64,000 nucleotides of DNA from a virus: IMG/VR virus record IMGVR_UViG_3300019360_000002, positions 19,536 to 83,535 of that record. One strand, written 5' to 3'. The number at the start of each line of letters is the position of its first letter. The stretch's first letter is position 1. Below the pieces are notes generated by a model that was not told the DNA's origin, did no database searches, and worked only from the letters and a program-made list of their open reading frames with translations. A program made the position numbers and the translations under genes. This document shows, one piece after another, positions 10,100-20,972 of the stretch.

Positions 10100-10357
10100 A
10101 TGCGCCCAAGTACGTGCCGAAACGTCCTCTACCACAGCCACGACTTCAACGGAGAGTCGTTCGCGGCGATGATCACCGAAGTCAACCCGATCAAGGGATC
10201 GCAAGTCGACGAATCAGACGAACGAGGCTACCTCGTTGGTCTCCACGTAATGCCGCCGCCAAAAGGCGGCGTGGTCAGTGGCGCCTTCGACAAGGGATCT
10301 GTGCCGTTCTCGGCCGAAGTCAAGCCCGGCCACTGGTCCTGGCCGCCGCGCGTCTGA
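10100..10357 (+). CDS. Conserved small phage protein ending W-x-W-P-P-R-V
   Basis: AGGAGGT RBS; C-terminal HWSWPPRV. Confidence 0.65.
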   Translation: MRPSTCRNVLYHSHDFNGESFAAMITEVNPIKGSQVDESDERGYLVGLHVMPPPKGGVVSGAFDKGSVPFSAEVKPGHWSWPPRV

Positions 10358-11025
10358 TGCAGCGCATCGCTTTCGGCGGCCCCTGGTACCACTCCCAGGT
10401 CGACACCCGCCTCCTCATCTCCGTCGTCCAGCTCACGGGCACAGGCCCGCAGGTCGGTCTTCTACCCACGGTGCTATTGCCGGGCGACGGCATGCTCGAC
10501 CTCAGTCGTAACGTGCTCTTGGCCCAGGCGCTCGGCACCGACTGCGACTGGTACGTGTCGTTCGACGCCGACTGCTCCTTCATCGGCCAGATCGCTGCGC
10601 TTGCTACTACACTTGCGGAGCACAACCAGCCTAACGTGGCGTTGGTAGCGGCACCCGTACGGCTCGGGCAGAACTCGGTCTATAACGTTGTCCTCGACGA
10701 TCAGTGGCCGAGCTACACAGCCGAGATGGAGCGGCCAACGCTCGTGCAGGACGTGGCGCGCATCGGCTTCGCCTTCGTCGCGTTCCGTTTACAGTGGTAC
10801 CGCGAGAAGTGGCCCCGGATTGATGGCGGCACACCGCTCGACTACCAGACGTTCTTCCAGACCACGGTCGTGCCCGACGGGCATGGCAGCTTCAAGAGCA
10901 ACACCGAGGACTACTTCCACTGCGTCAAGGTCCACAACTTGGACGGGCGCATGGTGTGCGATCCGCGCCTCCGGGTCAAGCACCACATCGCAAGAGCCGG
11001 CTCGCCGGAGGCGGAGACAGAATAG
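10357..11025 (+). CDS. GT-A fold (family 2-like) glycosyltransferase
   Basis: DxD motif FDADC, GFAFVAF, EDYFHC and DPRLRVKH motifs; TGATG coupling. Confidence 0.7.
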   Translation: MQRIAFGGPWYHSQVDTRLLISVVQLTGTGPQVGLLPTVLLPGDGMLDLSRNVLLAQALGTDCDWYVSFDADCSFIGQIAALATTLAEHNQPNVALVAAPVRLGQNSVYNVVLDDQWPSYTAEMERPTLVQDVARIGFAFVAFRLQWYREKWPRIDGGTPLDYQTFFQTTVVPDGHGSFKSNTEDYFHCVKVHNLDGRMVCDPRLRVKHHIARAGSPEAETE

Positions 11026-11354
11026 ATTTTGGGGAGCCGCGCGTCCCCCCTTGAGCCACGAACGACTCGAATAGACCGGCAACGCGCATTTTTCCTAGGA
11101 GGGCTCCCGTGGTCGACTGCGAGTACAACGCCGATACCCGCCAGTTCACCATATTCGCGGGTCACAAGATACCGATGCCATGCGAGTGTCGCGTGTTTGG
11201 TGAACGCGTGACCGTCGTCCAGCACATCGCTTCGCCCGATCACGTCATGTCAGGCGCGGATGTCTTCGAGTGCTCTGCGTGCCGCGTCCGCGTCAGTTCC
11301 TCGATCATCGGGCCAATTTTATACCCGAACAACCGGGTGGTCTACTGATGAGGC

Positions 11355-11383
11355 TTGACACACAACAAATTTTTGTTTAGCCT
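11355..11383 (+). promoter_or_regulatory. Promoter with a 16-bp operator in its spacer
   Basis: TTGACA-17-TAGCCT; CAACAAATTTTTGTTT at 11363-11378; ATG 11391 could start a leaderless mRNA. Confidence 0.65.
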
Positions 11384-11965
11384 GCTCCCCATGCCGTGGA
11401 GCAGGATCGTCAAGACCGAGGCGCTGTCCATCGACCTCGCCATGCACCAACTACGCGGAAAGCTTAGGGAAATGCGCAACGAGGCCGAAGCGGGCGTCCG
11501 TGGGGACGACGGCCTTACTGATTACAACCACGACTTCCCCCGCCGCTTCATCGCGCGCCTCATGCGCGTCGAGTTCGGCATCGACCTGGGCGACCCGCAC
11601 GACGAGAGTCGCTACCCGGTTTGGGTGTGGGAGATCACGGGCTGCCAGTAATTGCGAACCGCAAGGGGAGGACGACAGGACATGTTCATCTGCGACGAGT
11701 GCGAGAGACCGAGCCAGCCGTGCGAGACGATGGTGAAGAGAACCATCATCGTCAAGACCGTCTACCATCCCGAGCACACCTACAAGGACAAGCACAAGCG
11801 CACGATTCACGATCCCGGCGGCCAAGGCACGCAAATCGTCAAGGAGGGCAAGCTCTGCCAGAGCTGCGCCTACGGCGGCTCCGTTGACAAGCTCAAGGCG
11901 AAGTTCAACGCGCCCATCGACGAGGTGCGCCCGGCCAAGATGCCGACCTCGCAGCCGGTGCTCGC

Positions 11966-12517
11966 GTGACCGCCCTGGTCGACAAGACTATTCTGGACTG
12001 CATCGACTCCGGCGACATCGTTATTCGTCCGTTCGACCGAGAGCGCCTCGGAACCAACAGCTACGATGTGACCCTCGGCTCGGTGTTGCGTGTCTACACT
12101 CCGTCTGACCAGCCGCTCAGTGTGCGAGAAGCGAGGTCCACTCTCGATATCCAGATCCCGGACACCGGTTTCGTGCTTGAACCCGGAGAGCTGTACCTGG
12201 CCTCCACTCTGGAATACACGGAGTCCAACAAGCACCTACCAGTGCTAAACGGTAAGTCGAGCTTGGGCAGGTTGGGTCTGAGTATACACATCACGGCTGG
12301 TACCGGAGATGTTTTATATAAAGGCCACTGGACATTGGAGATGACAGTGGTAAAGTCGCTCCGCGTGTATGCCGGAATGCCCGTCGGTCAGCTTTTGTGG
12401 TTCGAGGTCAGCGACACGCCGACCGTTGACTACGCGCGTAAGCCGTCAGCCAAGTACCGAGACGCAGCGGACCCCCTTCCGCAGGCGTCCAGAATGTGGC
12501 GAAACTTTGATAAGTAG
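11966..12517 (+). CDS. dcd: dCTP deaminase
   Basis: LGTNSYDVTLG, LEPGELYLASTLEY, GKSSLGRLGL, GHWTLEM, YAGMPVGQL motifs. Confidence 0.93.
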   Translation: MTALVDKTILDCIDSGDIVIRPFDRERLGTNSYDVTLGSVLRVYTPSDQPLSVREARSTLDIQIPDTGFVLEPGELYLASTLEYTESNKHLPVLNGKSSLGRLGLSIHITAGTGDVLYKGHWTLEMTVVKSLRVYAGMPVGQLLWFEVSDTPTVDYARKPSAKYRDAADPLPQASRMWRNFDK

Positions 12518-13139
12518 AGGTAACCGCGCAGTCGATCTTCGAGGAAGACGCTTCGGGCGTCTGCTCGCGATCAAAGAAACAAACAAACGCATGAATGGGC
12601 GAATCGCGTGGTTGTGCTTGTGCGACTGCGGGAAGAAAAAACTGGTCAGATCTTCCCACCTGATCGGCGGCCAAGTGCTTTCGTGCAAATGCCTGAGCCG
12701 AGAAATCGCATCCGCAGTCAACACCACGCACGGGCGTTCTAAGAGTCGGCTGTACGCGGTCTGGAACACGATGTGTGGACGCTGCCGCAACGCCGACAAC
12801 AAAAGCTACGGCGGGCGAGGAATTGCGGTTTGCAAGCGTTGGAGAGGTAGAGGCGGTTTCGTTAGCTTCGTAGCCGACATGGGCGAACCGCCGGCCGGTA
12901 TGACAATCGAACGCAAAGACAACGCCAAGGGTTACTCTCCTCCCAACTGCCGCTGGGCCACACCAAAAGAACAAGCCAGGAACAAGAGAACTACGCGCTA
13001 CGTCACGTTTCGTGGACAAACCAAGCCATTAATCGAATGGGCAGAAGAGCTTGGCCTGAACTACCAGAACACTCATCGCAGACTTTACGCGCGGGGCTGG
13101 TCGGTAGAACGCGCTTTTTCGAAAAAGGAGATGCCATGA
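12507..13139 (+). CDS. HNH homing endonuclease
   Basis: DLRGRRFGRL, WLCLCDCG, YGGRGIAVCKRW, TIERKDNAKGYSPPNCRWAT; lower GC3; inserted at the end of dcd; start uncertain. Confidence 0.88.
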   Translation: MISRGNRAVDLRGRRFGRLLAIKETNKRMNGRIAWLCLCDCGKKKLVRSSHLIGGQVLSCKCLSREIASAVNTTHGRSKSRLYAVWNTMCGRCRNADNKSYGGRGIAVCKRWRGRGGFVSFVADMGEPPAGMTIERKDNAKGYSPPNCRWATPKEQARNKRTTRYVTFRGQTKPLIEWAEELGLNYQNTHRRLYARGWSVERAFSKKEMP

Positions 13140-14418
13140 CCGCTCTCGCCAAGGACCCGACCGTCTTCCTGAGCGCCCTTCGTCAGAAGGTCAGGTCACT
13201 GGGCAGGCTTCGTGAAGAGCGGCAGAAGTACGAGAACGACGTGGTGAACGGCGCCGTCACCGAGGCGGCCAAGACGGGCCTGCGAACCGTGCTTCCCAAG
13301 ATCCGTGACTTGGCGGTCGAGATCGTCGACGCCTACGAGGAGCTGGACGAGTGGCTGGAGGGTGGCGGCGACGCGCCCAGCCAGTGGATCGAGGAGAAGA
13401 AGGAGTTCTAGGTGCGAGTGCGCCTCACGCACACCGAAGCGTCCCTTCTCTTGTCTGCCTTCGCGGTAAGAGAGCCCTTTTGCTGCGCTCGCGAATCAGA
13501 TGATACTGCTAGTCGCAACCTGCTCAACTTCAAAAGGCCGCTACGTCGCGTCATCGAGAGGATGGTGTACGATCACGCAGGTTGCGATCCCACGGCTGGC
13601 GAATGGATTATGGAGCGCTGGATCTCTAAACTTGCTTGGGTTCTGTAAAAAGGACTACAAGGAGACGCTGTGCCCAGGTTATACGCTCAACACATGGTGA
13701 AGCTGGAAGTGCTTCGCTTCGACTCGGCCTGGTTTATCTCGTACGAGGGTTTGCCGCTCAACGCCCTTGACGAGGTGGTGGCCACGGCCGTCGCCGACCC
13801 GAACGTAAGAGGCGTGCGGGTGTACCACCGAAAAGTGCACGAAGACGAGACGCCGCCCGAGTGGAAACTTCTCCACCTCATCGACATGTCCTGGAAGAAG
13901 AACTGGGAGAAGCTCTCATGATGAGCGAAGAGGCGATAGCAATCTACCAATCCATCGACAGGCTCACGGCCACCATGAAGGAGCTGGTCGTGCTGGTGGC
14001 CAAGCACGCCGAGGCGGCAGCGGCAGCCCCCACCGACAGCCCCGAGATGAAGGAGCTGCTCAAGATGGACGCACCGCCCACGGCGCCAGCCGTACCCGAG
14101 AAGCCGCCCACGGCGGCGCCGCCCAAGACGACCTTGACCTCGGTGCCGCCGCTCGACTCCCTGTGCCGCTGCATGCACCAGAGTCGCGAGCATGTCGACG
14201 GCGTGGGCGCGTGTTCGCGCACGAGCTGCACCTGTCAGAAGTTCGCCTACATGGTGGCGCCGCAGCCTACGCCTGGCGCGTGCGCGAACTGCGGCTGCGC
14301 GCCGTCGCAGGTGAAGATGATCGAGGGCGTGGTGCCGCCCATCTGCGAGAGCTGCCACAACATGGCGAACCTGCTCAAGCCGAAGGCGCCCACGCCGGAG
14401 CCCCCCAAGGTCTAGCTC

Positions 14419-15165
14419 GTGATCGAACACCTGGCCATGCGGTGGTGGCACCTCGACCAGCTCTCGGTCTCCGACCCCGAGATGCTGTGGTCGAACGTCC
14501 ACGAAGACGACAAGATTGCGGTTCGCAACCGCGTCTATTCGCTTCTGAATGGAGAGATCCTCCACAAGGACATGTCGCCGGCCGACAAGCTGGTGGCCAT
14601 CGGCAGAAAGCGTTGTGACGAAGACCTCGACGAGTTCGCGCGCAAGATCGACGACATGCTGCGCGGCGAGCCCGGCTGGGACGAGAGCATCAACCGAGTC
14701 ACGCGCTGGAGCAACTGGTGGGACAGCCTGTATGGGCAAAGCTGTAAAACCGTGTATCCACCACAGCCTCAGATCCAACAGTGCACGCGCCTGTTCGGCA
14801 ACACCAACATCGGCAACCTCGTTATCTGCAACCTTCAGGTCGCTGGACAACTTTGCTGTGATCAGGCGGCCTACCTTCGCTACTGGTACGTCGACACCAC
14901 GGTCTCTGAAGCCAATGCTGATGAGCTGGAAGAGGCGCTGCACAACAGCGTAGCCACGCTCATTATCGGCAACCGTCTTGCGGCACAACTCCCCTTGTCG
15001 GACCTCTTTTATAGCGTCCATCCGATCGACGAGATCTTGCCGACCAGGCAGAACTTTGCTGTCGAGATCTCGTGCTTCGGCCGAGCCAACGACATTCTGA
15101 ATAGCGCACTTCACAGTCCCCTGCGCGTCCACCTCGAAGGCGCCCACAAGCTCACGGTCTACTGA
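14419..15165 (+). CDS. Protein with a C-terminal domain resembling a single-jelly-roll capsid protein
   Basis: WDSL...RLFGNTNIGNLVICNLQVAGQL..DQ...TLIIGNR...LPTRQNFAVEI...VHLEG pattern, recognised from memory only. Confidence 0.45.
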   Translation: MIEHLAMRWWHLDQLSVSDPEMLWSNVHEDDKIAVRNRVYSLLNGEILHKDMSPADKLVAIGRKRCDEDLDEFARKIDDMLRGEPGWDESINRVTRWSNWWDSLYGQSCKTVYPPQPQIQQCTRLFGNTNIGNLVICNLQVAGQLCCDQAAYLRYWYVDTTVSEANADELEEALHNSVATLIIGNRLAAQLPLSDLFYSVHPIDEILPTRQNFAVEISCFGRANDILNSALHSPLRVHLEGAHKLTVY

Positions 15166-15329
15166 TGAACACGTCCAAGGTCTTGCCAAAGTTGCCGATT
15201 CCCTACGCTGGCATCGAGAAGTTCCACCTGCATCTCGACAAGTGCCAGCAGTGCCGTGAGCATCCGTTCGCCCTGTGCCTAGAGGGCTCCAAGCTCCTGC
15301 ACGACACGATGAAGCCGGCGTCCGCTCCC

Positions 15330-15372
15330 TGACAAATTTTTGTTGTCACCTGCCTCCGGCCTGTGGTAGGCT
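15330..15372 (+). promoter_or_regulatory. Promoter plus operator
   Basis: TGACAAATTTTTGTTG overlapping TTGTCA-18-TAGGCT; ATG 15380 lies 7 nt downstream. Confidence 0.55.
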
Positions 15373-15379
15373 CTCTGCC

Positions 15380-16297
15380 ATGACCGTACGCAAGCCCAAC
15401 GAGTCCGACATCGCCTACGCCCTGCGCGCCGCGCGTGAATTCGCGAGCGGCTTGTCGCAGTACGACGGCGTGGTGCTTCCGCAGGCTGCCTTCCGTCAGG
15501 CGCGCGACGTGATCGGCATCATCGGAGAGGCGGAGGGCTGGCACACCAACCACAAGGCCGAGAAGGCGCGCGAGGTCGAGGAGGCCCGTAGGGCGGGCTT
15601 TCACTGCGCCACGCCTACGCTGTGTGGATCGTGTGGCCCGGACTGCGGGGGTCGAAAGAAGGTCGTCAACCTCACCCACGCCGGCCAGCTCGCGGGCGTC
15701 CTGCCGCCCGACCCTGACCACGCAAAGGACTGCCGCTGCGTCGTGTGCACGGGCAACGCGCGGCCGTTCCAAGGCGCTTGGGGCAAGCTGGCACCGCCGA
15801 TCGCGGTGCCGAAGCGACCCGAGTCGACGCTCAACTACGGCAAGGAGCTTGCGAGTCGCGAGTTCAGAACGATCGAAGAGCTGCACGAGTGTTTGACTGC
15901 AAACGCGCAACGTTTGCAAGATCCGATGATCCACTTCTTCACCAGGGGGGAGCAGACTGCCAGCGGACTGTGGCAAAGGGTAGCCGACAACTACCCCAAG
16001 GCGAAGCTCCTCGGCGTCACGATCGTCGGGTTCGGTCTTCAGGTCAGACCCCACGATGTCGACGGCACGTTTCAGGTGCTTCACCGCATGGGAGAAACAC
16101 TCGTCCCGATCCTGGACATGCCTTCGTCGTACGGTGCGGCGGCGTTGTCTGTGCCGATCCACATCGACGCGGAGAAGGGCGCGGACAAGTTCGTCTGTCG
16201 TTTCACGCGTCGTGCGCACCCAGAAAAGAGCCCGGACATCGTGCCCACGTTTATTCGAGCCACGGCCAAGCTGGAGTGCCACTACAGCCAGGAGTAG
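15380..16297 (+). CDS. Hypothetical protein with a Cys-rich segment
   Basis: Long ORF directly after the promoter; CGSCGPDC and CRCVVC motifs. Confidence 0.65.
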   Translation: MTVRKPNESDIAYALRAAREFASGLSQYDGVVLPQAAFRQARDVIGIIGEAEGWHTNHKAEKAREVEEARRAGFHCATPTLCGSCGPDCGGRKKVVNLTHAGQLAGVLPPDPDHAKDCRCVVCTGNARPFQGAWGKLAPPIAVPKRPESTLNYGKELASREFRTIEELHECLTANAQRLQDPMIHFFTRGEQTASGLWQRVADNYPKAKLLGVTIVGFGLQVRPHDVDGTFQVLHRMGETLVPILDMPSSYGAAALSVPIHIDAEKGADKFVCRFTRRAHPEKSPDIVPTFIRATAKLECHYSQE

Positions 16298-16796
16298 CCC
16301 GTGACCAACGTCATCATCTTCGCGGTCTGGTCCTTGTTCGTCGGCTGGGTTGCCGCACTCTGGGGCTTCCGGCGCGGCTACAGGTACTCCCATCAGGAGC
16401 TTCAACTCAAGGCGGCCCTGGAGAAGTCGGCTGAGTTTCGCCCGCTGAATGAGCAGGAGAAGAAGTTCTTGGCCTCGTTCGCCGACAAGAGCGTGCGGCT
16501 ATGACGACGCCATCGAGACGCAGGCGCGTGTCGCGTAAGGGACCGGAGAAGGAACGGCGTTCGACCACGGTCAAGCTGGAGCGGCGCAAGAAGCCTCGTC
16601 CGCCCAGGCCGGAGCCGCTGCCGCAGTTGCCGCCAGGAGCCGACATCGACGGCGTGTTCACGGGCGAAGGCGACCTCGAACTCGCGCTGGCCGTGCGGCC
16701 TCGTCTGCGCATGGTCTTCCACGGCATGCCGACGTTCGAAGACATCGCCATCGTGCTCGCGACCGCAGCCTTGCTGGTCGCAAGAAGGAGTCTTGC

Positions 16797-17459
16797 GTGA
16801 GGTGGTGTTCGGTCTGCATGCAAGAGATCCCGGGCGAAGCGAAGCCTTTGCGCGTCGTGCGTCTGGTCGGCCGATATGCCTACACTCTGTGCGTGTGCTG
16901 CGGTCAGAAACCACGAGACCACAAGCGCGTTCATTATCGCAGCCGTTTCCGAAGATGGGTGAAGACCCATCTGATCACCGTAGAGGAGCCGCCCAAGCAG
17001 AGGCGCAGGGACTCGGTGTGCTGCACAGGTGCCTGCGGAACCGGCACGCCGGTCGGAGAACAATGCAAAGCCTGTCACGCACTCCGACGTGTCGCCGTTG
17101 ACAAGACGAGTAGGTTGTACCAACCGATTGTTCGTGCGCAAAAAGCGGGGCTGCCGGCCACTTTGACCATCGAAGAATGGGACCTAACTCTTGATCGTTT
17201 CGATCGGTCTTGCGCGTACTGCGGTGCGCCCTGGGTGGTGCTCGAACACGCACAACCCATTGCGCTGGGCGGCGGTACCACGGCCGACAACTGCTTGCCG
17301 GCGTGCCGAGTCTGCAACACCCGCAAACGCGACACGGCCTTGACCGCTCTTGCGACTCTCAAGCACTACCCTGGGACCAAGGTGCCGGTAGACAGGGTGC
17401 GCGTGAAGGCCGCCCTGGTGTGGCTGAAAGCCTGCCAACGCCTTGCTGTGGGCAGGTAG
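16797..17459 (+). CDS. HNH endonuclease with N-terminal Zn fingers
   Basis: LTIEEW...CAYCG...EHAQPIALGGGTTADNCLPACRVCNTRK. Confidence 0.85.
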   Translation: MRWCSVCMQEIPGEAKPLRVVRLVGRYAYTLCVCCGQKPRDHKRVHYRSRFRRWVKTHLITVEEPPKQRRRDSVCCTGACGTGTPVGEQCKACHALRRVAVDKTSRLYQPIVRAQKAGLPATLTIEEWDLTLDRFDRSCAYCGAPWVVLEHAQPIALGGGTTADNCLPACRVCNTRKRDTALTALATLKHYPGTKVPVDRVRVKAALVWLKACQRLAVGR

Positions 17460-18398
17460 TACGGTCTGCTGCTGCTTTCGGCCGCCGATCGCTCCTAGGG
17501 CAGCTAATGCGCTAAGTAGCGGAACCACATAAAAAACACCTAACTTATTTATATCGTTCATTGTTTCTGAAAGGAGTTTATTGTTGATAATGGCTATTAA
17601 AAGCCAAAACGGACGTGGTAAGTAGTTGATCTGGAGGACGCATGAAAAACGACCAAGGCCGCGAGGGATCAGCCGCGCCGGCCGACATACAAGGCGCTGC
17701 GACTAAAACCAGGACATTCTCGCACGGCTCGGCGCGCGTGGTGATCGACGAGTACGGCCTGCAATTCGCGGTGGGCGCTAGCGAGCTACCCGACCTGCTC
17801 GAAGTCGAGGCGCACGATCTACGAAGGGTGCTCACCATGGCGCTCGACGCCATCGCCCGAGACCACGGGCACACGCTCGCCGAGGCCGATAGCTTCTTAC
17901 GTAGCCAGCGCCTCGTCTGCGGTGCCGGTACGTGCTGCCGGCCTCGCGGACACGCCGGCCAGCATGATCAGTTCGATGGTCAACGTTCGCCTGACAGCTT
18001 GGACATCTTCGCGCTCGCTGCGGGGTGCGTGCTGTGCGGGGCTCAACCGCCCGAGTCGAAGCTCATGCTAGTGGTGACCGATGTCGTCGAAGCTGTTTGC
18101 GACGACTGCAATCGACCACGAAGGGGAAGGTGATGCGATGAGCGCGCCCCAGATCGAGTGCTTCATGTGCGGCTGCCCCGACAACCTGCGCGAGGTCAAT
18201 AACCAAGGCAACGTGTACGCATGCAAGGACGCTCGCGGCTGTATGGAACGGCAAGCCGTGATCGACAACGCCATGGCGACGCCAATCCAGCCGGCGCCTG
18301 CGCTCACGTCCGCGCCGCCCACCGCTGTGGTCACCTTCGTCTACGTGAACTGGCGCGCCAAGCGCCGCGTGATCGAGCGACTCGTGTAACGCTGGCCG

Positions 18399-19361
18399 AT
18401 GACCAAGAAGAAGCCCACAGCGCTGGTACCGGCCGCACCTGCCCCACTTGCGCCTCGCAATCTCTTCCGCGCGGACAAGCGCACGCCCGAGGAGAAGCTC
18501 GAAGACGCACTTGCGTCCCTGTGGCAGACCCTTGGTGAGAGCGCCGACACCGCCCGTGCGTACAAGTACGACTGGGGCGTGTGGACCAAGTGGCTCGCCG
18601 AGCACGGCGGTACACCGCTCGAAGCCCGTGCGGTCCACGTGCAGATGTTCTTAAACCACATGCGCGAGCGGGGCTTAGCCAAGTCGACGCGGGCGCGCAT
18701 GCTCTCGGTGCTGAAGCAAGTGTACGCCGCCTTGGTGGTCGGCGAGGCCCTCGACATGAACCCAGCGCGCGAGGCGAAGAACCTGCGCGTGGACTCGACG
18801 CCGAAGGCGCCGTGGCTCGTCGACACCGAGCTGGCCAAGCTCCTCGCCTACCCGAACCGCTCAACGTGGATTGACCGGCGCGACTGGCTCGTGCTCTGCG
18901 TCCTCATCGGCACGGGTTTGCGGCGCAAAAACGTCGCCACCTTGGCCGTCGAACAGCTCGTGCCCGCGCCCGGCGGCGGTATGGCCGCGAACGTCAAGGC
19001 CAAGGGCGGCAAGCAGGCGTCGATTCGCGTGCCGAGCTGGCTCGCCGAAGAGCTGCTTGCCTGGATTGCGGACCGCAAGATCGAGTCTGGTTCGCTATTC
19101 GACATCTCGCCGGGCACAGTCTACAACATCGTCAAGCGCACAGCGGCGCGGGTGGGGGTCTCGGTCGAGCGTTCGACGCCACACGCGATGCGTAGGTCGT
19201 TCACCACCGAGACTGGTAACCGAGGCGTGTCACTTGAGTCGCGGCAGGCGGCGCTTCTTCACTCAAACCGCGCTACCACCGAGATCTACGACAAGGCCGA
19301 CCGGGCATCGAGCCAGGCTCCTGGAGAGGTGCTCGCTAACCTCGTGGGGAAAAGAAAATGA
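18399..19361 (+). CDS. Tyrosine recombinase/integrase
   Basis: SAM-like core-binding domain; catalytic R (TGLRR), K (KGGK), HxxR (HAMRR), H (LLHS), Y (TEIY). Confidence 0.92.
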   Translation: MTKKKPTALVPAAPAPLAPRNLFRADKRTPEEKLEDALASLWQTLGESADTARAYKYDWGVWTKWLAEHGGTPLEARAVHVQMFLNHMRERGLAKSTRARMLSVLKQVYAALVVGEALDMNPAREAKNLRVDSTPKAPWLVDTELAKLLAYPNRSTWIDRRDWLVLCVLIGTGLRRKNVATLAVEQLVPAPGGGMAANVKAKGGKQASIRVPSWLAEELLAWIADRKIESGSLFDISPGTVYNIVKRTAARVGVSVERSTPHAMRRSFTTETGNRGVSLESRQAALLHSNRATTEIYDKADRASSQAPGEVLANLVGKRK

Positions 19362-19614
19362 CTGTTGAAGAAGAGATGCGCTACTGCCTTGAAGTCGCTG
19401 CCGCCGTGTTCAACCGGTACAAGAGCAAGCTCAATCACGACAGCCGGCTGCAAAACGACCTGGAAGACGCCATCGCCAAGGCGCTTTTCAGGGAGCGCAG
19501 GCTGGCGCGCATCGAAGCCTACGGCAACGTCGTTCACGAGATACAAGGCACGCGCGCCGACTGGGACTACGGACTAGTCGACGACCTCCAGAAGCTCATC
19601 ACTGCGGAGAAACT

Positions 19615-19830
19615 GTGAGGGTCGGCGACGTGTTTGGCAGGCTCACCGTGTTGTCGCTCGGCGGCAACGACTCTCGTTTGTGCAAGTGCGCTTGCGGCCG
19701 TCTCGTCAACGCACACGCTCCGAACCTGGCAAACGGCACGCTCCGCTCCTGCGGCTGCGACAGCCGACCCAAGACCAGGCCAGTCGGCAGAAAGCAGTTC
19801 TCGTGGCAGGGCACGAAGGGGGCGAAGTGA
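19615..19830 (+). CDS. Stand-alone HNH-associated N-terminal (CxCxCG) domain
   Basis: GDVFGRLTV...CKCACG...L..G..RSCGC with no nuclease domain. Confidence 0.6.
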   Translation: MRVGDVFGRLTVLSLGGNDSRLCKCACGRLVNAHAPNLANGTLRSCGCDSRPKTRPVGRKQFSWQGTKGAK

Positions 19831-20313
19831 GCAACAAGCTCACCCGCGTCGGACTCTTCGCTGGCGTCGGTGCCACGGGGGCCATCACGCCTATCTCGAT
19901 GCGGTCCAAGGACCAGTGCATGCGCGAATTGGAGCACAAAGGCATCGACCTCGGCCCGTGGGAGATGGGCGCGTGGGTAGGCTGCTTCGTTCCGCCTGAC
20001 GCAGAACGGTGGCTTATCGACTCTGCTGACTACGCCTGGGTGCCCGAGGATTCATGAGCCACATCAGTCTCTTCTCTGGCGTCGGCGCCGGACTCGTGGG
20101 TGAAGCCCTTTGTGCCGCCGGACGCCGAGAGCCGTATCACATACCGTGGCCGGTCTCTATGTGCGCGCCACACAAGCCCCTCTGTCCTCTCGCAGAGGCT
20201 TTCTGGTGGACGGGCATCGCTATCGGTCTTGACCTTCGTTTGCCAGATAACGGGAAAGGCACGGCCAACGAAATTTTTGTGGCGTGTCTTGGCGCCGTAC
20301 ACGACATGCACTC

Positions 20314-20706
20314 ATGATCCAGCACCTCCTCCACGGTCCTCTCGGCAAGCGTACCTGTCGACGCTGCGGCTGGTCCGAGCGGCATACGCCCGAGCCCTGC
20401 CGACGCCCGCGTGTCGAGCCGGGCATGGTGTTCGGCAAGCTTGTCGTGAAGCGACTCGCGGGCGCCGAGGAATGGGGCAAGTACAAGACCGGCCGGCAGA
20501 AGGGCCAGCCCAAGATGGGCTCGAAGATCTGGGCCTGCGTCTGCTCGTGCGGCAACGCGACAACGGTCCCCACGCACCGGCTCACCACGGGCGTGACGCG
20601 CTCCTGCGGCTGCATGCGCAAGAAGTCGGCGATGGGCAAGCGAGGCACCCAGTACGACAGGAGGCAGAGGAAATGGCGACACGCGAAATCTGGAAATACC
20701 ACATAA
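20314..20706 (+). CDS. Protein with an HNH-associated CxCxCG domain
   Basis: GMVFGKLVV...WACVCSCG...LTTGVTRSCGC. Confidence 0.6.
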   Translation: MIQHLLHGPLGKRTCRRCGWSERHTPEPCRRPRVEPGMVFGKLVVKRLAGAEEWGKYKTGRQKGQPKMGSKIWACVCSCGNATTVPTHRLTTGVTRSCGCMRKKSAMGKRGTQYDRRQRKWRHAKSGNTT

Positions 20707-20972
20707 CGCTAGACGATCCGGCACGCCTTGAGCTGCCAGATGGCGCTGAGGTTCGCATTGAGATGCCGGTCGGCGCCGAGGTTTTGTGTGTTCAGACACA
20801 AAGGGGGCAACCGACTATTTGGGCCATGGTCAACCCGGAAGAAGGTCGCACAGGTTTTCACTTTCGTGTGATCGCCACCGGGCAGGCTTTTAACGCAGAC
20901 CGTCTGGGTCGTTACATTGGGACCTACCAGCTTAGCAACGGGCTATTGGTGTATCACCTGTTCGAGGCGTAG
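20673..20972 (+). CDS. Conserved small phage protein (DUF7352-like)
   Basis: IWKY...IEMPVGAEVLCVQTQ...IWAMV...TGQ...YIGT...VYHLFE. Confidence 0.65.
   Translation: MATREIWKYHITLDDPARLELPDGAEVRIEMPVGAEVLCVQTQRGQPTIWAMVNPEEGRTGFHFRVIATGQAFNADRLGRYIGTYQLSNGLLVYHLFEA

Noticed and set aside
13687-15189. Long antisense or alternative-frame ORFs (also 15203-16405, 48136-49344, 55282-56451, 56448-57797)
   Set aside because: These are shadow ORFs typical of high-GC DNA, lying opposite better-supported genes with RBSs and motifs
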